Source of the DNA: Octopus vulgaris
Lineage: Eukaryota
Assembly (NCBI GenBank): GCA_951406725.2
Contig: OX597819.1
Coordinates: forward strand, 33,294,001-33,358,000
Direction: 5' to 3'
Length of the DNA: 64,000 nucleotides
A program made the position numbers and the translations under genes. The notes beneath the pieces are model-generated. The model saw nothing but the letters and a program-made list of their open reading frames with translations, was not told the origin of the DNA and made no database searches. Positions 42,478 through 60,059 of this stretch are shown one piece after another; position 1 is the stretch's first letter; the number at the start of each line of letters is the position of its first letter.

Positions 42478-42705
42478 ATTTCTTTATTACCCACAAGGGG
42501 CTAAATACAGAGGGGACAAACAAGGACAGACATAGGTATTAAGTCGATTACATCGACCCCAGTGCGTAACTGGTACGTATTTAATCGACCCCGAAAGGAT
42601 GAAAGGCAAAGTCGACCTCGGCGGAATTTGAACTCACAACGTAACGCAGACGAAATACCGCTAAGCATTTCGCCCGGCGTGCTAATGTTTCTGCCAGCTC
42701 GCCGC
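42478..42705 (-). mobile_element. SINE family B with 11-bp TSD CATCTTAACCT
   Basis: Family B consensus; TSD at 42467-42477 and 42706-42716. Confidence 0.92.
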
Positions 42706-43209
42706 CATCTTAACCTTTTACCTGTCCTGTGTACCACATGTGATATACAGGACATATTTTCCTGGCATCCATGCACCATACATGATACAAATTCCTAATT
42801 CTTCTTTTCAACAATCAGAGTAACTTGGAACACACGATAGGAAAGTTTTATACTTATCAGAATGTATAAAACAAGGGCTAATTAAAAGTCTGAATAAAAC
42901 TTTTAGGACAAACTTATTAAAAGGCTTTGAACTGGCAAAAGGTTAAAATATTGTAATAGGATATTGGTTGGTAAAAAAATGTTACGATAAAACTGTATTT
43001 TCAAAATATGTGGGAGTAACACGTAGCTGAAACTTCTAGGCAGCATAATTTTCTTATTTCTTCATTATTTTTGATTTAGATATACTTAAATATAAAAGAT
43101 CTCAAAATTGGTCTTGGTGTTGTGCAAAAACTTATGAGGCAGTAATGCCTGAAATTATAACATTTCTGCTATTTAAAAGCATAAATTAGTATAATTTTTT
43201 TAAAGTGTT

Positions 43210-43420
43210 CTTTCTCGTGCCATGCCACGCTCATAAGTGCCGGTTTCCCGGTTTCAGTGGCGTAGAAATTCCCCTTTCTGGACGGGACGCCGGTCTGTCG
43301 CAGGATTACTCATTTTTGCCAGCTGAGTGGACTGGAACAACGTGAAATGAAGGAATTTTGCTCAAGAACACAACGCATCGCCCGGTCCAGGAATCGAAAC
43401 CACAACCTTACGATCACGAG
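43210..43420 (-). mobile_element. SINE family D
   Basis: Homologous to 275-512. Confidence 0.8.
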
Positions 43421-45054
43421 ATTAAATTTGTTTTTTACTCGTTCTCTTCTTAAACTAATTTGAGGAACATGTAGTCACTATTTATAGTACGTCGAACTAC
43501 CACATTAATGCACTTAGGTTAATTAATGACAGCCATACGTTCTGATGACATGTCAGTACTCTTACGGAAGTTATGACATGTGGTGCTCGGTCACATGCAT
43601 ACACACTTTGGGGATAGTATGATTCGTAGCAGCACATCTTACCGTCGATTGCCGACCATCGCAGAGGTTTCGCTGACCAAATCACCGCCGATTATCGGAA
43701 CAGATAAAGCCTGAGTTTGATGCAGGTTCCAGAGACATGCTTTAACAAGAGCTAAGGGGAGCCTCACTCCCCACGGTCTTTCTCTTTCGATTCTAGCATC
43801 GCCCTCTATCAGATCAGAGTTATGATATGGTTCGGGGTTATCGCAACTCTCTGCTACCTACAAGTTTTTTATTAGTGGTAGTGTTACTAAACACCAGGTC
43901 AACCTTGATCGAGCAGGTCTTGATCGAATAGGATAGTGGTTGGTAACCCTACTAAATGTACACGATAAAATGTATTTCTTCCTTATTAAGACAGCTGGGT
44001 ATAATATGAGGAAGATTTAGCTGATATTTCTAGCAATAACATTATCCAACGTATTCTTTTATTATTTAGGACGGCAGGATTTAATATGGAAAAGATTTGG
44101 TTACTATTTCTAGCAAATCGAGCGACTACGTAAATGTTCCCTTGTTGGCAATGTGTGTTTAGAAACAGCATCACATTACGAATAAAAGATGGTGGAGCCA
44201 TCTCATCTCGTCGCTTTTCTGTTATTCCGACAGCCATGACAAACGGAATATTACAAAGGGATGAAATGTCCCAATGTTAAAATCGAGGGTAATCTTCTGT
44301 CTCATTATTAATAGTGGGGAGATGGCGACATGCCTCAATGCTAAGTAGGGGAGATGAGATATATCACTGTGAAACGGGATGGAGACGAGATATTCCTAAG
44401 ATAAAGATACTGTGGCTGACGATATGTTTCAATGCTAAAAAAAAACGCAGGGTGAATTGACGAGATGTCTCAATGTTAAAGAGGGAAGAAATGACGAGAT
44501 GTCTCAATGATAAAGATTATTTCAAACATTACTTTGAACATAAGAAGCTTGTCTATAATGACTTGGAAAAGTTTTACTCACAGAATATCTTACCTTCGCT
44601 ATACTTTACCTCTCACCTATCTTCGAGACGTTTGAAGTATATCTTGTCTCTTCTATGAATTCTGTGAAGTATAGGAAACAAAAATTGGAAGAATTTTCAT
44701 TTTGTTCTTTAGCCAGAAGGAACTGTGTAAACGGCTTTTGATCATAGACTCAGAATAATGATGTGAAAAAATTTTCAACAACAACTTGCGCACGCAAACA
44801 CATAGACGTATATACACGCATACACATTGATAAATAACAGCTCTTTCTCTCTTACACAGTCACACACTTACACATACACACACAAATTCATAAATAACAC
44901 ACACACACACATAAGCACACATTGATAAATAACGGCTTACATATTTTATATATTTATAGATAACAGCTTGTACACATACACACCACTCATATTTAGGTTT
45001 CTCTTGCACAGTGACAAATTTACGCACCAGAGATGAGGTTAAGAATGCATTGGT

Positions 45055-45595
45055 CATAATTAATTATCCTAGGGATATTAATATCGTAGGAATGGATAAC
45101 TGCTATAACTTTCCTAAAGGTATTAATGTCATATGAAGACCTGGCCGTCATAACTTCCGTAGCAGTACTGATATGTCATCAGAACGTATGGCTGTCATAA
45201 CTAATTCACCTAAGTGCATTAACGTCATATGAATATGTGATTGTCATAACTTCCCTAAGGGTATTAAAGTCATAAGAATGTATGACTGTCATTATTTACC
45301 TGAAGGTATTAATGTCATAAGGACGTATGACTGTCATAAATTCCCTAGAGGTATTAATGTTATGAAAATGTATGGATGTCATAACTTCTATAAGGATATT
45401 AATGTCATAAGAATGTATGACTGTCGTTATTTACCTAAAGGTATTAATGTCATAAGGACGTATGACTGTCATAACTTCCCTAGGAGTAATAATGTTATGA
45501 AAATGTATGGATGTCATAACTTCTATAAGGATATTAATGTCATAAGAATATATGACTGTCTCAACTCCCCAAAAGGCATTAGTGTAATAAGTAAA
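45055..45595. repeat. 42-bp minisatellite with 126-bp higher-order repeat
   Basis: Unit is approximately ATTAATGTCATAAGAATGTATGACTGTCATAACTTCCCTAAGGGT; 45270-45395 recurs at 45396-45521. Confidence 0.9.
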
Positions 45596-45974
45596 ACATA
45601 AACATACTTCAGTCAGTTCTTATCATTATAAACATGAACATCAGCAGCATACTTGTCATCATCGTCGTCGTCGCTGTTGTCGTCATCATCGTCTTAACGT
45701 CCACTTTTCCATGCTTGCATGTGTCGGACAGAGTTTAGTGAAGCGGATTTTCTATAGCCGGGTACCCTTCCTATCGCCAACTCTGATCTGTTTTGATGCA
45801 AGTTAATATTACCCCATGGTCAGACATTTTCGTAAAATATTAAAAGTGAATGACATTGTCTATATAACAGTGACACTCATTTACAACTATCAGGCGATGT
45901 CAAAACAAGGAGACACAAACATACGCAACTCACATATGTACTTACATAATTACATACATGTGTGTATGTGTGAG

Positions 45975-46043
<69 letters not shown>

Positions 46044-46044
46044 T

Positions 46045-46119
<75 letters not shown>

Positions 46120-46131
46120 ATATATTTATAT

Positions 46132-46164
<33 letters not shown>

Positions 46165-46232
46165 ATATATATTTATATTTATATATATATATTTATATAT
46201 ATATTTATATTTATATATATTTATATATAAAT

Positions 46233-46292
<60 letters not shown>

Positions 46293-46680
46293 TGTTTGTT
46301 CCTTCTCGAGCCATGCCAGTCTCATAAGGGCCGGTTTCCCGGTTTCTTGGCGTATATGTTCCCATATATATATCAATGAAAATGGGATGACAAAGGAATT
46401 ATATTATAAATTTCATTGCCTTACACTGCTGCTATAAGGTGTATATCGGAAAGAATGTAGGTAATGTCATAATTTCTTAAGTATTAATGTCATAAGGACG
46501 TATGATTGGATAAACAAAATACCAATATCAAACTGTGACACCGCGTGACCTTTCTCGACTAATCGCAGCCCATCAACTGGTAATAACATTTGATTTCCCT
46601 TACAAAGTTCCAATGGTCGAGGGTAATCATCACACTTTGAAACTTTAAGTATCAAGGAATTTGAATCAAACTGTTTTAAT

Positions 46681-46732
<52 letters not shown>

Positions 46733-46859
46733 CCATACACACACACACACACACACACGCACACACGCACACACTCACACTAGTCATCATCGCACACCTT
46801 CTTTACCATTCCGTCTTTGATATTGCTCTCCTGTTTTTTAAAAACATTTTCATCTACTT

Positions 46860-47079
46860 TCACCACTTCCGCCTTTTAGTATGTGACCTCGTCTGTATCA
46901 CCAGCGATTTTTTTTCCCTGTCTTCCCTTCTCTGGATCTTTCCTTCTCCTGTGTTTCCGACGAAGAGCTCCGCTCGAAACGTCAAACCCTCCTTCTTCCC
47001 TTCTTTCCTGAGCGTCCAATAATACTTTATTTGTTCCACATCCTTGCGTTGTTGTCTTTTTGTTTTCTTGTTTGGATTA

Positions 47080-47085
<6 letters not shown>
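46860..47085 (+). mobile_element. Penelope-like non-autonomous fragment with variant hammerhead-like motif (46953-46987)
   Basis: GTTT-CCGACGA-A-GAGC-TCC-GCTC-GAAACGTC-AAAC, followed by a pyrimidine-rich tail and (AT)n. Confidence 0.5.
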
Positions 47086-47132
<47 letters not shown>

Positions 47133-47221
47133 AGCTTCTTTCAGTTTCCGTCTACCGAATCTTCTCATATAATATAAGGAATATAAGGTGTCATAAGTGG
47201 AACTTAGCATGAAACCATATA

Positions 47222-47254
<33 letters not shown>

Positions 47255-47915
47255 ATATATTTATATTATCATATATATATTTTATATTTATTATATATAT
47301 ATATTTATATTTATATATATATATTTATATATATATTTATATTTATATATATTTATATATAAATAAAACCCCATTCGATTGATCAATAAATCCATCTGTA
47401 AAAATTTCAGGCAATATACAGTTTCTGCTTCATTTCTACTTCTATAATTCTTCTATATTTCTTCTCCTTTTCATTCTTGCATTCTTTTGCATCAGGAATT
47501 TACCAGTTTAAATACGAGTGCTATCCCTCATCATTCTCTTTATGCATTTCAGACAATGGAATGGTGTATACAATTGGAACAATTTCCCTCTAGCTCTCTA
47601 ACAGTATTTTGTTTCCTTCCGCTACAGATTGGAAGTCTTTGAAAGGACACGTGATTTAAGGTAAGTGTCAATCCTAATTCGATTCCAAAACTCTCTATTG
47701 TTCTTGAGTACGCTTCATCTCATTTGCTCTGGATCACTTCGCCACCTGACGTGTGGTACACCGTGCATCTATTCAGACTTTAACGAAGGGCGTGAGCTAA
47801 TGTACAGCATATACATTTAATCGTTATAACCAGGTGATTTGTGCTTGTTCCAATGGTCGAGGGTTTTTCATCACACAAGAAACTTTAAGTATCAGATTTG
47901 AATCAGTTTTAATCC

Positions 47916-47956
<41 letters not shown>

Positions 47957-47961
47957 CCAAA

Positions 47962-47995
<34 letters not shown>

Positions 47996-48399
47996 AGACA
48001 CGTAGTCATCATCGCACATTCTTGTACCATGATAACGATATGTATCAGGTTAAATTAGAACTAATCGCTATTGTTGTTGTTTAACCCCAGGTCAGCACAG
48101 ACTGGACGCACCTATGTTCTTTTTAGTGCTGTCTAGGACTGTTATTTAATATGTCCTATCCTTAATTACATCGATAAAATATGAGTAAAGAGCTATGTAG
48201 CTGCTATTTTTAGCAGGATGAGCAATCACGTTGAGAAACCATAATTGGCTTGTAGAACCTTCTGTTAATGCTGTTGTTATTTACTTGTAGATCAGCAATG
48301 CTCAGACATAACAGCCATACCTCTGCGCGCGCGTGTATGTGTGGTCGACACAATCAAAATATAAACTTCACCCATTGGTCTCATTTCCAGCAATTCTTC

Positions 48400-49095
48400 C
48401 ATATTAGAGGATATACTATGTCAATTTCAAGATGAGGCTTACAGATGAAACCAAATTGGTTGGAAATTGGCATTCTGCTGACCGCACACACCGTGGTTTA
48501 TTTATCCTAGCCAAGGAGATGATTTTGAAAGCGACAGACTTTTCGAAACAAATTGCCCATATACAATCACCTATGAAGGCCTTCATGGATGACCTGACAC
48601 TTCTGTCGATAGATATGCAAATCGTGCAGAGTGCCCTCTTGAGGCTAGACGAGCTGATAAAGTGGTCGAGGATGCGATTCAGGGCAAAAACTCGCGTAGT
48701 CTGGCATTTTTTCGGAAAGTGCAAAAGAAGTAAAATTTCAAATAGCAGGACAAAGTATTTCAACAGTCAAAGAAGAACTTGTTAAGAACTTGGGGCATGT
48801 ATACGTTAGAACATTGGCGGGGAAATTTAAAATATGGTGCTTACAGTTCGGTTTATATCCGCACTTTTCGTGGCCACTTTTGATAAACGTGGTGGCGCTG
48901 TCACGGGTTCAGTTCATTAAGCAAAACTGCAATGTGCTCATTAGAAGGTGGCTGGGCCTTCCTCAGATATTGAACAACTCGGCTCTTTATCGTAAAAGAG
49001 GCTCATTGCAGATACCACTGGCGTGAATAGTCGAAATTTATAAAGTAGGGATGATACGAACGGTGATGATGCCGAGGGAGTCGAAGAATATAGAA
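48400..49095 (+). pseudogene. Hero-clade-like non-LTR retrotransposon RT relic
   Basis: PMKAFMDDLTLL..LDELIKWSRMRF and GKFKIWCLQFGLYPHFSWPLL..RRWLGLP..ALYRKRGSLQIPL, with frameshifts. Confidence 0.8.
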
Positions 49096-49140
49096 ATTAT
49101 ATCGACCCCAGTGCGTAACTGGTACTTATTTAATCGAGCC

Positions 49141-52862
<3,722 letters not shown>

Positions 52863-52925
52863 CTAATTATATACTATATTTTTTATTATTTTGTAATTAA
52901 TTATTGGTATACGTTTTATCGCATA

Positions 52926-53320
52926 CTAGCAGTATCGCCCGGCGTTGCTCGGGTTTGTAAGGGAAATAACTATATAAGCATTTTTAGAGATGTAAAGTAT
53001 AATAGCCATCTCAATATGGCTAACCACAAAGGGGGGGGGGGGGTGTTACTGTAGGTTTTTATTCTGAGATTTAATAAATTTTTAGAGAGTTACTTCCCTT
53101 ATATATGCCAAAAATGCATTAAAAATGGGAAAAAATTGATGGTAAATTTTTATTTTAAATCGTAGACTCATCGTAGACGCGCGCTAATACCCAGAAGGGC
53201 TCGATATGAATCACGACTATAAGATACCCGGTTTTGGTTAAACTGCATCGCAAAATGTGGGAGTAGTTAGGAATCTAAATCGTAGGAGACAGACAACATA
53301 CAACCTTACTTTTTATATAT
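52926..53320 (-). mobile_element. Short non-autonomous Helitron
   Basis: Plus-strand A|CTAG is followed by the hairpin CCCGGCGTTGCTCGGG (52938-52953). The far end is ..GACAGACAAC..CTTTTTATATAT. Confidence 0.7.
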
Positions 53321-53337
53321 CGTATTTAATTTTTTCT

Positions 53338-55310
<1,973 letters not shown>

Positions 55311-55397
55311 ATTGATTGATTGATTGATTCTAGTTTCAGCTCATGAGCTGTGGCCATGCTGGGGCACCGCCATTTGGTGTTGCTACTTGGTTTCACT

Positions 55398-57617
55398 TCA
55401 TGGAGGCTTTCTAGCAACTGCTATTTGGTGCATGAGAGAGTTCGATGCAGCTGCCCTCATCTGCCCCTCCTGCCGTGAAGTTGGTTCATCTGGGACACCT
55501 GACAGGAAGAGATCCAGCTTCATTTTAAAGACATCTGTATCCACCCCATGCAGGTCTCTCAGGTTCTTCGGGAGGATATTGAAGAGCTGTGGGCCTCGGA
55601 AGCCCAGGCTATCACAGAATCTTGTCCTACATCTTGATGGCAGGTTTGGAGTCCTAGGCACCACGCAGTGGCGCCCAGTTCTGGCATTTGCGTAACTCTC
55701 GATGCCAAAGTTCAGGACACTTCCCTCCAGGATCTTCCAGATGTATATTATGGCATATCTTTCCCGCCTACGCTCCAGGGAATATAATTTTAATCTCTTG
55801 AGTCTTTCCCAGTAGCTTACATTCTGCATAGAGGCTATCTTCTTTGTGTAGCTTCGTTGGATCGCCTCAAGTTCTGTGATCAACTTGACACTGGATGGTG
55901 ACCATAGCTGAGAGCAATAGTCAAAGTGGCTTAGGACAAGTGTCTTCCAGAGGACCATCATGGTTTCTTGTTCTCTTGTTCTAAAGGTTCTAAGAATCCA
56001 TCCAGCCAGCCGTCTACATTTCATTGTCAGTTTAGCAACATGTACATGAAAGGTCGCGTCATCACTCATGTGAATACCCAGGTCACGCACTGATTGTGCC
56101 TCTGGGATTGCAATCCCTCCGGGTCCAGTGTATTCATTGGGTATTGCATTCAGTTTTGCATGCTGATAGTATAAAGCTTGAAACTTTCCAGCATTGAACT
56201 GCATGCTATTCTTTTCAGCCCACTTGTATATTTCGTCCAGCTCACATTGCAGGTGTTTAGTGTCCTCAGGGTTCTGTATTGCCTGTGAAACTTTTGTATC
56301 ATCTGCATAACTTGTGATCGTGGCTCTCTGCGTGGCTGAGGGCATGTCTGAGAGGGCCATTATGAACAGTAGTGGTCCCAGAACAGTGCCCTGCGGAACA
56401 CCGCTCACTATTTGTGTGTTAATGGAGGTGGCCCCATTGGCTACTACCACCTGACTTCTATCCTTCAGAAAGTCATGAAGCCATTCTCCCAGTTTTCCAA
56501 CTATGTTGAGATCACGCAGTTTGTGACATATCATTCCATGATCGACTTTATCAAAGGCCTTTGCAAAGTCGAGATATATCACTTCCACATTTGAGTGGTT
56601 GAGCAGCCGTTTCAGCACCCAGTCATAGTGTTGTAGGAGCTGAGTTAAACAGCTTCTCCCTGGTCGGAAACCATGTTGGGTGTCGGGCAGCAAGTCATTC
56701 TCTTCAAGGAAGGTGATCAGCTTCCTTCTGACTATTCGTTCCATGACCTTGCTGATGTGTGAGGTCAGAGAGATAGGTCTATAGTTCTTGGCTTCCGCTC
56801 TGCTACCTCCTTTATGAATGGGGCATATTTTACCTTCCTTCAGTTTTCCTGGAAGTTTGCCAGCTGCAAGGAAGCTCTGAAAGAGGAACTGCAGTGGTCT
56901 TGCTAGGACTCTCTTACATGCTTTTAGGAGGATTGCCGGGAATCCATCGGGGCCAGTAGCTGAGTCTGTTTTCATTTCATCTATAGCCTTCGTTACATCG
57001 TCTTCCTTTATATCGATGTAATCTATCGTCGCCGCCTCTGATTTTATATCTGCAGTGGTAAAAAAGTCAGTTGGATTGGTGATTTGGAGATGCCCAAGGG
57101 GTGGAGTGAAAACACTCTTGAATTGCTCATTCAGTATTTCACTTACCCTCATTGGTTTTCCTGTAAGTGTGCCATCCTTTTCGAGGAGTGGCCCTATTCT
57201 ACAGTGCACTGTAGCTGTTTCTTTGGCATACCTGTAGAAAGCTCTGGGGTTAGATTTTATGTTTTCTATAGCCCAGGCTTCTTTGTCTGCTCTTTCTTTT
57301 TCATGGGAGAGTTGCAGACATTTTTCGATTTCCAACAGTTTTATTTTTAGGCGGGACTTTTCACTGCTTTCAATCTGTTTGTTTAGGCGATTTGAAAATT
57401 TCGTACGCCGTCTCATTAAAATTTTCCTCTCTCTGGGGATTTTGTTCTTGTGTACAGTGGCCTTTCTCTCTGGGACACATTTGTAGCATATGGCTTGCAT
57501 TACAGACATGAATTGTTGAAGTTTCACGTCGATGTCTGGCGAGGAGAGACATTCAGGCCAGTTTTGTTTGAGGATCTCTTTCTCAATTTGTTTCCAGTTT
57601 GCCTTATGGTAGTTCAA
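55398..57617 (-). CDS. LINE ORF2 reverse transcriptase portion
   Basis: 739 uninterrupted codons containing [48 protein letters not shown] and [10 protein letters not shown]. Confidence 0.95.
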   Translation of the reverse strand: MNYHKANWKQIEKEILKQNWPECLSSPDIDVKLQQFMSVMQAICYKCVPERKATVHKNKIPRERKILMRRRTKFSNRLNKQIESSEKSRLKIKLLEIEKCLQLSHEKERADKEAWAIENIKSNPRAFYRYAKETATVHCRIGPLLEKDGTLTGKPMRVSEILNEQFKSVFTPPLGHLQITNPTDFFTTADIKSEAATIDYIDIKEDDVTKAIDEMKTDSATGPDGFPAILLKACKRVLARPLQFLFQSFLAAGKLPGKLKEGKICPIHKGGSRAEAKNYRPISLTSHISKVMERIVRRKLITFLEENDLLPDTQHGFRPGRSCLTQLLQHYDWVLKRLLNHSNVEVIYLDFAKAFDKVDHGMICHKLRDLNIVGKLGEWLHDFLKDRSQVVVANGATSINTQIVSGVPQGTVLGPLLFIMALSDMPSATQRATITSYADDTKVSQAIQNPEDTKHLQCELDEIYKWAEKNSMQFNAGKFQALYYQHAKLNAIPNEYTGPGGIAIPEAQSVRDLGIHMSDDATFHVHVAKLTMKCRRLAGWILRTFRTREQETMMVLWKTLVLSHFDYCSQLWSPSSVKLITELEAIQRSYTKKIASMQNVSYWERLKRLKLYSLERRRERYAIIYIWKILEGSVLNFGIESYANARTGRHCVVPRTPNLPSRCRTRFCDSLGFRGPQLFNILPKNLRDLHGVDTDVFKMKLDLFLSGVPDEPTSRQEGQMRAAASNSLMHQIAVARKPP

Positions 57618-58501
57618 GCTGGAAAGATTTTGAGGTTTCTTGTAGGCTGCATGTCCGTGCTCTCTTTTGGCCCGTACATCGTCAGCTCTATCATGTTGTG
57701 ATCCGAGAGTAGTGTCGGTGTCACTTTCACATTATGGATGAGATCCATGTCATTTGTGAAGCAGAGATCCAGTGTGTTACCTGCCCTGGTTGGTTGGAGT
57801 ATTACCTGCTCCATGTACAGGGTGTTGATGAGGTTCAGGAGGGACCTCGCCTGTCCTCGTTCACATCTTGTCATTCCTGGGAGAGAAAGGCCCTCGGGCC
57901 ATCTGACATTGGGCAGATTGAAGTCTCCCATAAGAAGCACACCTATGTGTTGTTCTAATGTGGTTAGAATTTCTTCTATTTTTATAAGGCAGTCTTCGAA
58001 CTTGCCCACATGGCTTGGGGCATCTGGAGGGCGATATGTAGCACACACAACTACATCAAGTTGCCTAATATGTACAATTAGTGTGTCACACACCGAGTTT
58101 GAGTATGACAAGAGGACCTGGGGTGTGAGGTCCTCACGGATGTACATAGCAACACCTCCATGACTCCTTTCTTTCCTGTCGGTCCGTAGTACAGCATACT
58201 GTGGTATGTGTAACTCCGCATCTGCTATGTCCGGTTTCAGGTGCGTTTCTGTAAGTGCTATGCATAAGGCTTGATTGCATGCAACAAAGTCTCTCAGGAA
58301 CGGGATCTTTGTCCTGTTACTGAGTGTTTGCAGTCCTCTTATGTTCAGTAGGAGTATCGAGGTGAGGTGTACGTTGTTGCCGGCGGTGTCCATCCTGTGT
58401 CTGTTTGCTGTGGTGGTCTGGTATATAGTGGGTAGTCCCACCTGCGGGCTTGGGTTTGATGAAGCCAGGTCAGCTGCTGTACAATCTTTTGTGCCATGCA
58501 C
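57614..58501 (-). CDS. LINE ORF2 APE endonuclease portion (-1 frameshift from the RT near 57630)
   Basis: Contains LLNIRGL, IALTETHL, HGGVAMY, YRPP, MGDFNLP, TLDLCFTN and SDHN. The probable true start is the internal MDTAG Met. Confidence 0.93.
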   Translation of the reverse strand: MHGTKDCTAADLASSNPSPQVGLPTIYQTTTANRHRMDTAGNNVHLTSILLLNIRGLQTLSNRTKIPFLRDFVACNQALCIALTETHLKPDIADAELHIPQYAVLRTDRKERSHGGVAMYIREDLTPQVLLSYSNSVCDTLIVHIRQLDVVVCATYRPPDAPSHVGKFEDCLIKIEEILTTLEQHIGVLLMGDFNLPNVRWPEGLSLPGMTRCERGQARSLLNLINTLYMEQVILQPTRAGNTLDLCFTNDMDLIHNVKVTPTLLSDHNMIELTMYGPKESTDMQPTRNLKIFPA

Positions 58502-59255
58502 AAAAAAGATTGTTGCTCAGCAGCTGCTCTTTCGACAACATCATGTTGGCTGTTTGTGGCGCGCACAACATCTGCGTACCTCCGCTTTGGGGCAGGTGGT
58601 GCGTAGTCCATCCCTTTTCTTTGTGTTGATGGTTTGTCCATCTGCCTCGTGTCTCTGTGGCAGGGTCCCCGATGTGCAAAGCGGCAGCCTGCACCTTCCT
58701 TTCCGTGCCAGCAGGAACCTCTCAGGTAGAACATACACACCCGTGTGCGCTGTTTGGTTCCATCCTTTGCGGTTCCACTTCTACTCCTGGTTGTTTCACT
58801 CTTTGGTCCTGCTTGAGCTTTTTCTTTTCCTTTAGCTCTTCCAGTCCTTCTTTTAGTTCTTCTTCCTCCTCTACCTCTTCACCGGGTTCTCCGTCTCCAT
58901 GGCCCTTGCTGCCGGTTGGAGAACTTGCACCTGGGTTCACTTCCCGGGCAGGTTTCTCATTCAAAACCTCCTCCTGGGCGTCCACCAGGTGGGGGTGACA
59001 TCTTTCATCATCTCCATTCTTGCCATCTTTGCCCCGCTCGTTCTCAAAGATGGCATCAAGTGCGCCAATGTGCGACCGTACAAGCGCATATGAGCGCACG
59101 AATTCCTGTCTCTTTCGCTCCATCTGAGCCGCTGTCCTCTTGTAGCCTCTGCTCTTCAGCGCAGCCGCAATCACCTCGCTAGGGCTATCTCCGCCGGCGC
59201 ACTCCCATGCTCGTACGAATAAATCCAGCTCGTCACGTCTCCATGCTCTGGACAT
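58345..59255 (-). CDS. LINE ORF1 split by one frameshift: Myb/SANT(trihelix)-like domain, coiled coil and CCCH zinc finger
   Basis: 58722-59255 has WRRDELDLFVRAW..IAAALKSRGYKRTAAQMERKRQEF and EELKEGLEELK. The overlapping frame 58345-58740 has CMFYLRGSCWHGKEGAGCRFAH. Confidence 0.75.
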
Positions 59256-59314
59256 GCTGGATAATCCGTCTATCCGTTTATCTATCTAATTATGTTTGAG
59301 AGAAGACAGGAAGA

Positions 59315-59959
59315 TATTAAGGCTAATTAGAAGATAGAGTACTTGAAAAAGAAATATTAACAATATTAAAGTTTGTGTAAAAACGTTATTTGGGTAAGCA
59401 ATTAGGGAACGAGTATTATTTAATATTAATATTATATTAGAGTGTGGGTAAAAAAACGTTATTTAATCTTAAGGCTAATTTGGATATAGAGTATCTGAAA
59501 ATATATTAGCAATATTAATATTATATTAGAGTGTGGGAAATATTAAACGTTATTTAATTTAATCTTAAGGCTAATTAGAAGACAGAGTATCTGAAAATTT
59601 ATATATACAATATTAAGCAATATTAACCGTTATTTAATTTAATCTTAAGGCTAATTAGGCGTTATTAATATTAAACGTTATTTAATTTAATCTTAAGGCT
59701 AATTAGAAGATAGAGTATCTGAAAATATATTAGCAATATTAATATTATATTAGAGTGTGGATAAAAACGTTATTTAATCTTAAGGCTAATCAGGAGATAG
59801 AGTATCTGAAAATATATTAGCAATGTTAATATTATATTAGAGTGTGGGTAATATTAAACGTTATTTAATTTAATCTTAAGGCTAATTAGAAGATAGAGTA
59901 TCTGAAGAAGTATTAACAATATTAAAACAATATTAAACGTTATTTAATTTAAACTTAAG
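59315..59959. repeat. AT-rich tandem array (~90-bp variable units) immediately 5' of LINE ORF1
   Basis: Recurring TAAGGCTAATTAGAAGATAGAGTATCTGAAA and AAACGTTATTTAAT; the array runs into the gap. Confidence 0.9.
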
Positions 59960-60059
59960 NNNNNNNNNNNNNNNNNNNNNNNNNNNNNNNNNNNNNNNNN
60001 NNNNNNNNNNNNNNNNNNNNNNNNNNNNNNNNNNNNNNNNNNNNNNNNNNNNNNNNNNN
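59960..60059. other. Assembly gap (100 N)
   Basis: Run of N. Confidence 1.

Noticed and set aside
45055-45595. CRISPR-like periodicity (also 22720-23085)
   Set aside because: The units are contiguous with no unique spacers, there are no cas genes, and the context is eukaryotic.
55324-59182. Plus-strand ORFs antisense to the LINE
   Set aside because: Shadow ORFs of a GC-richer coding strand with no motifs.
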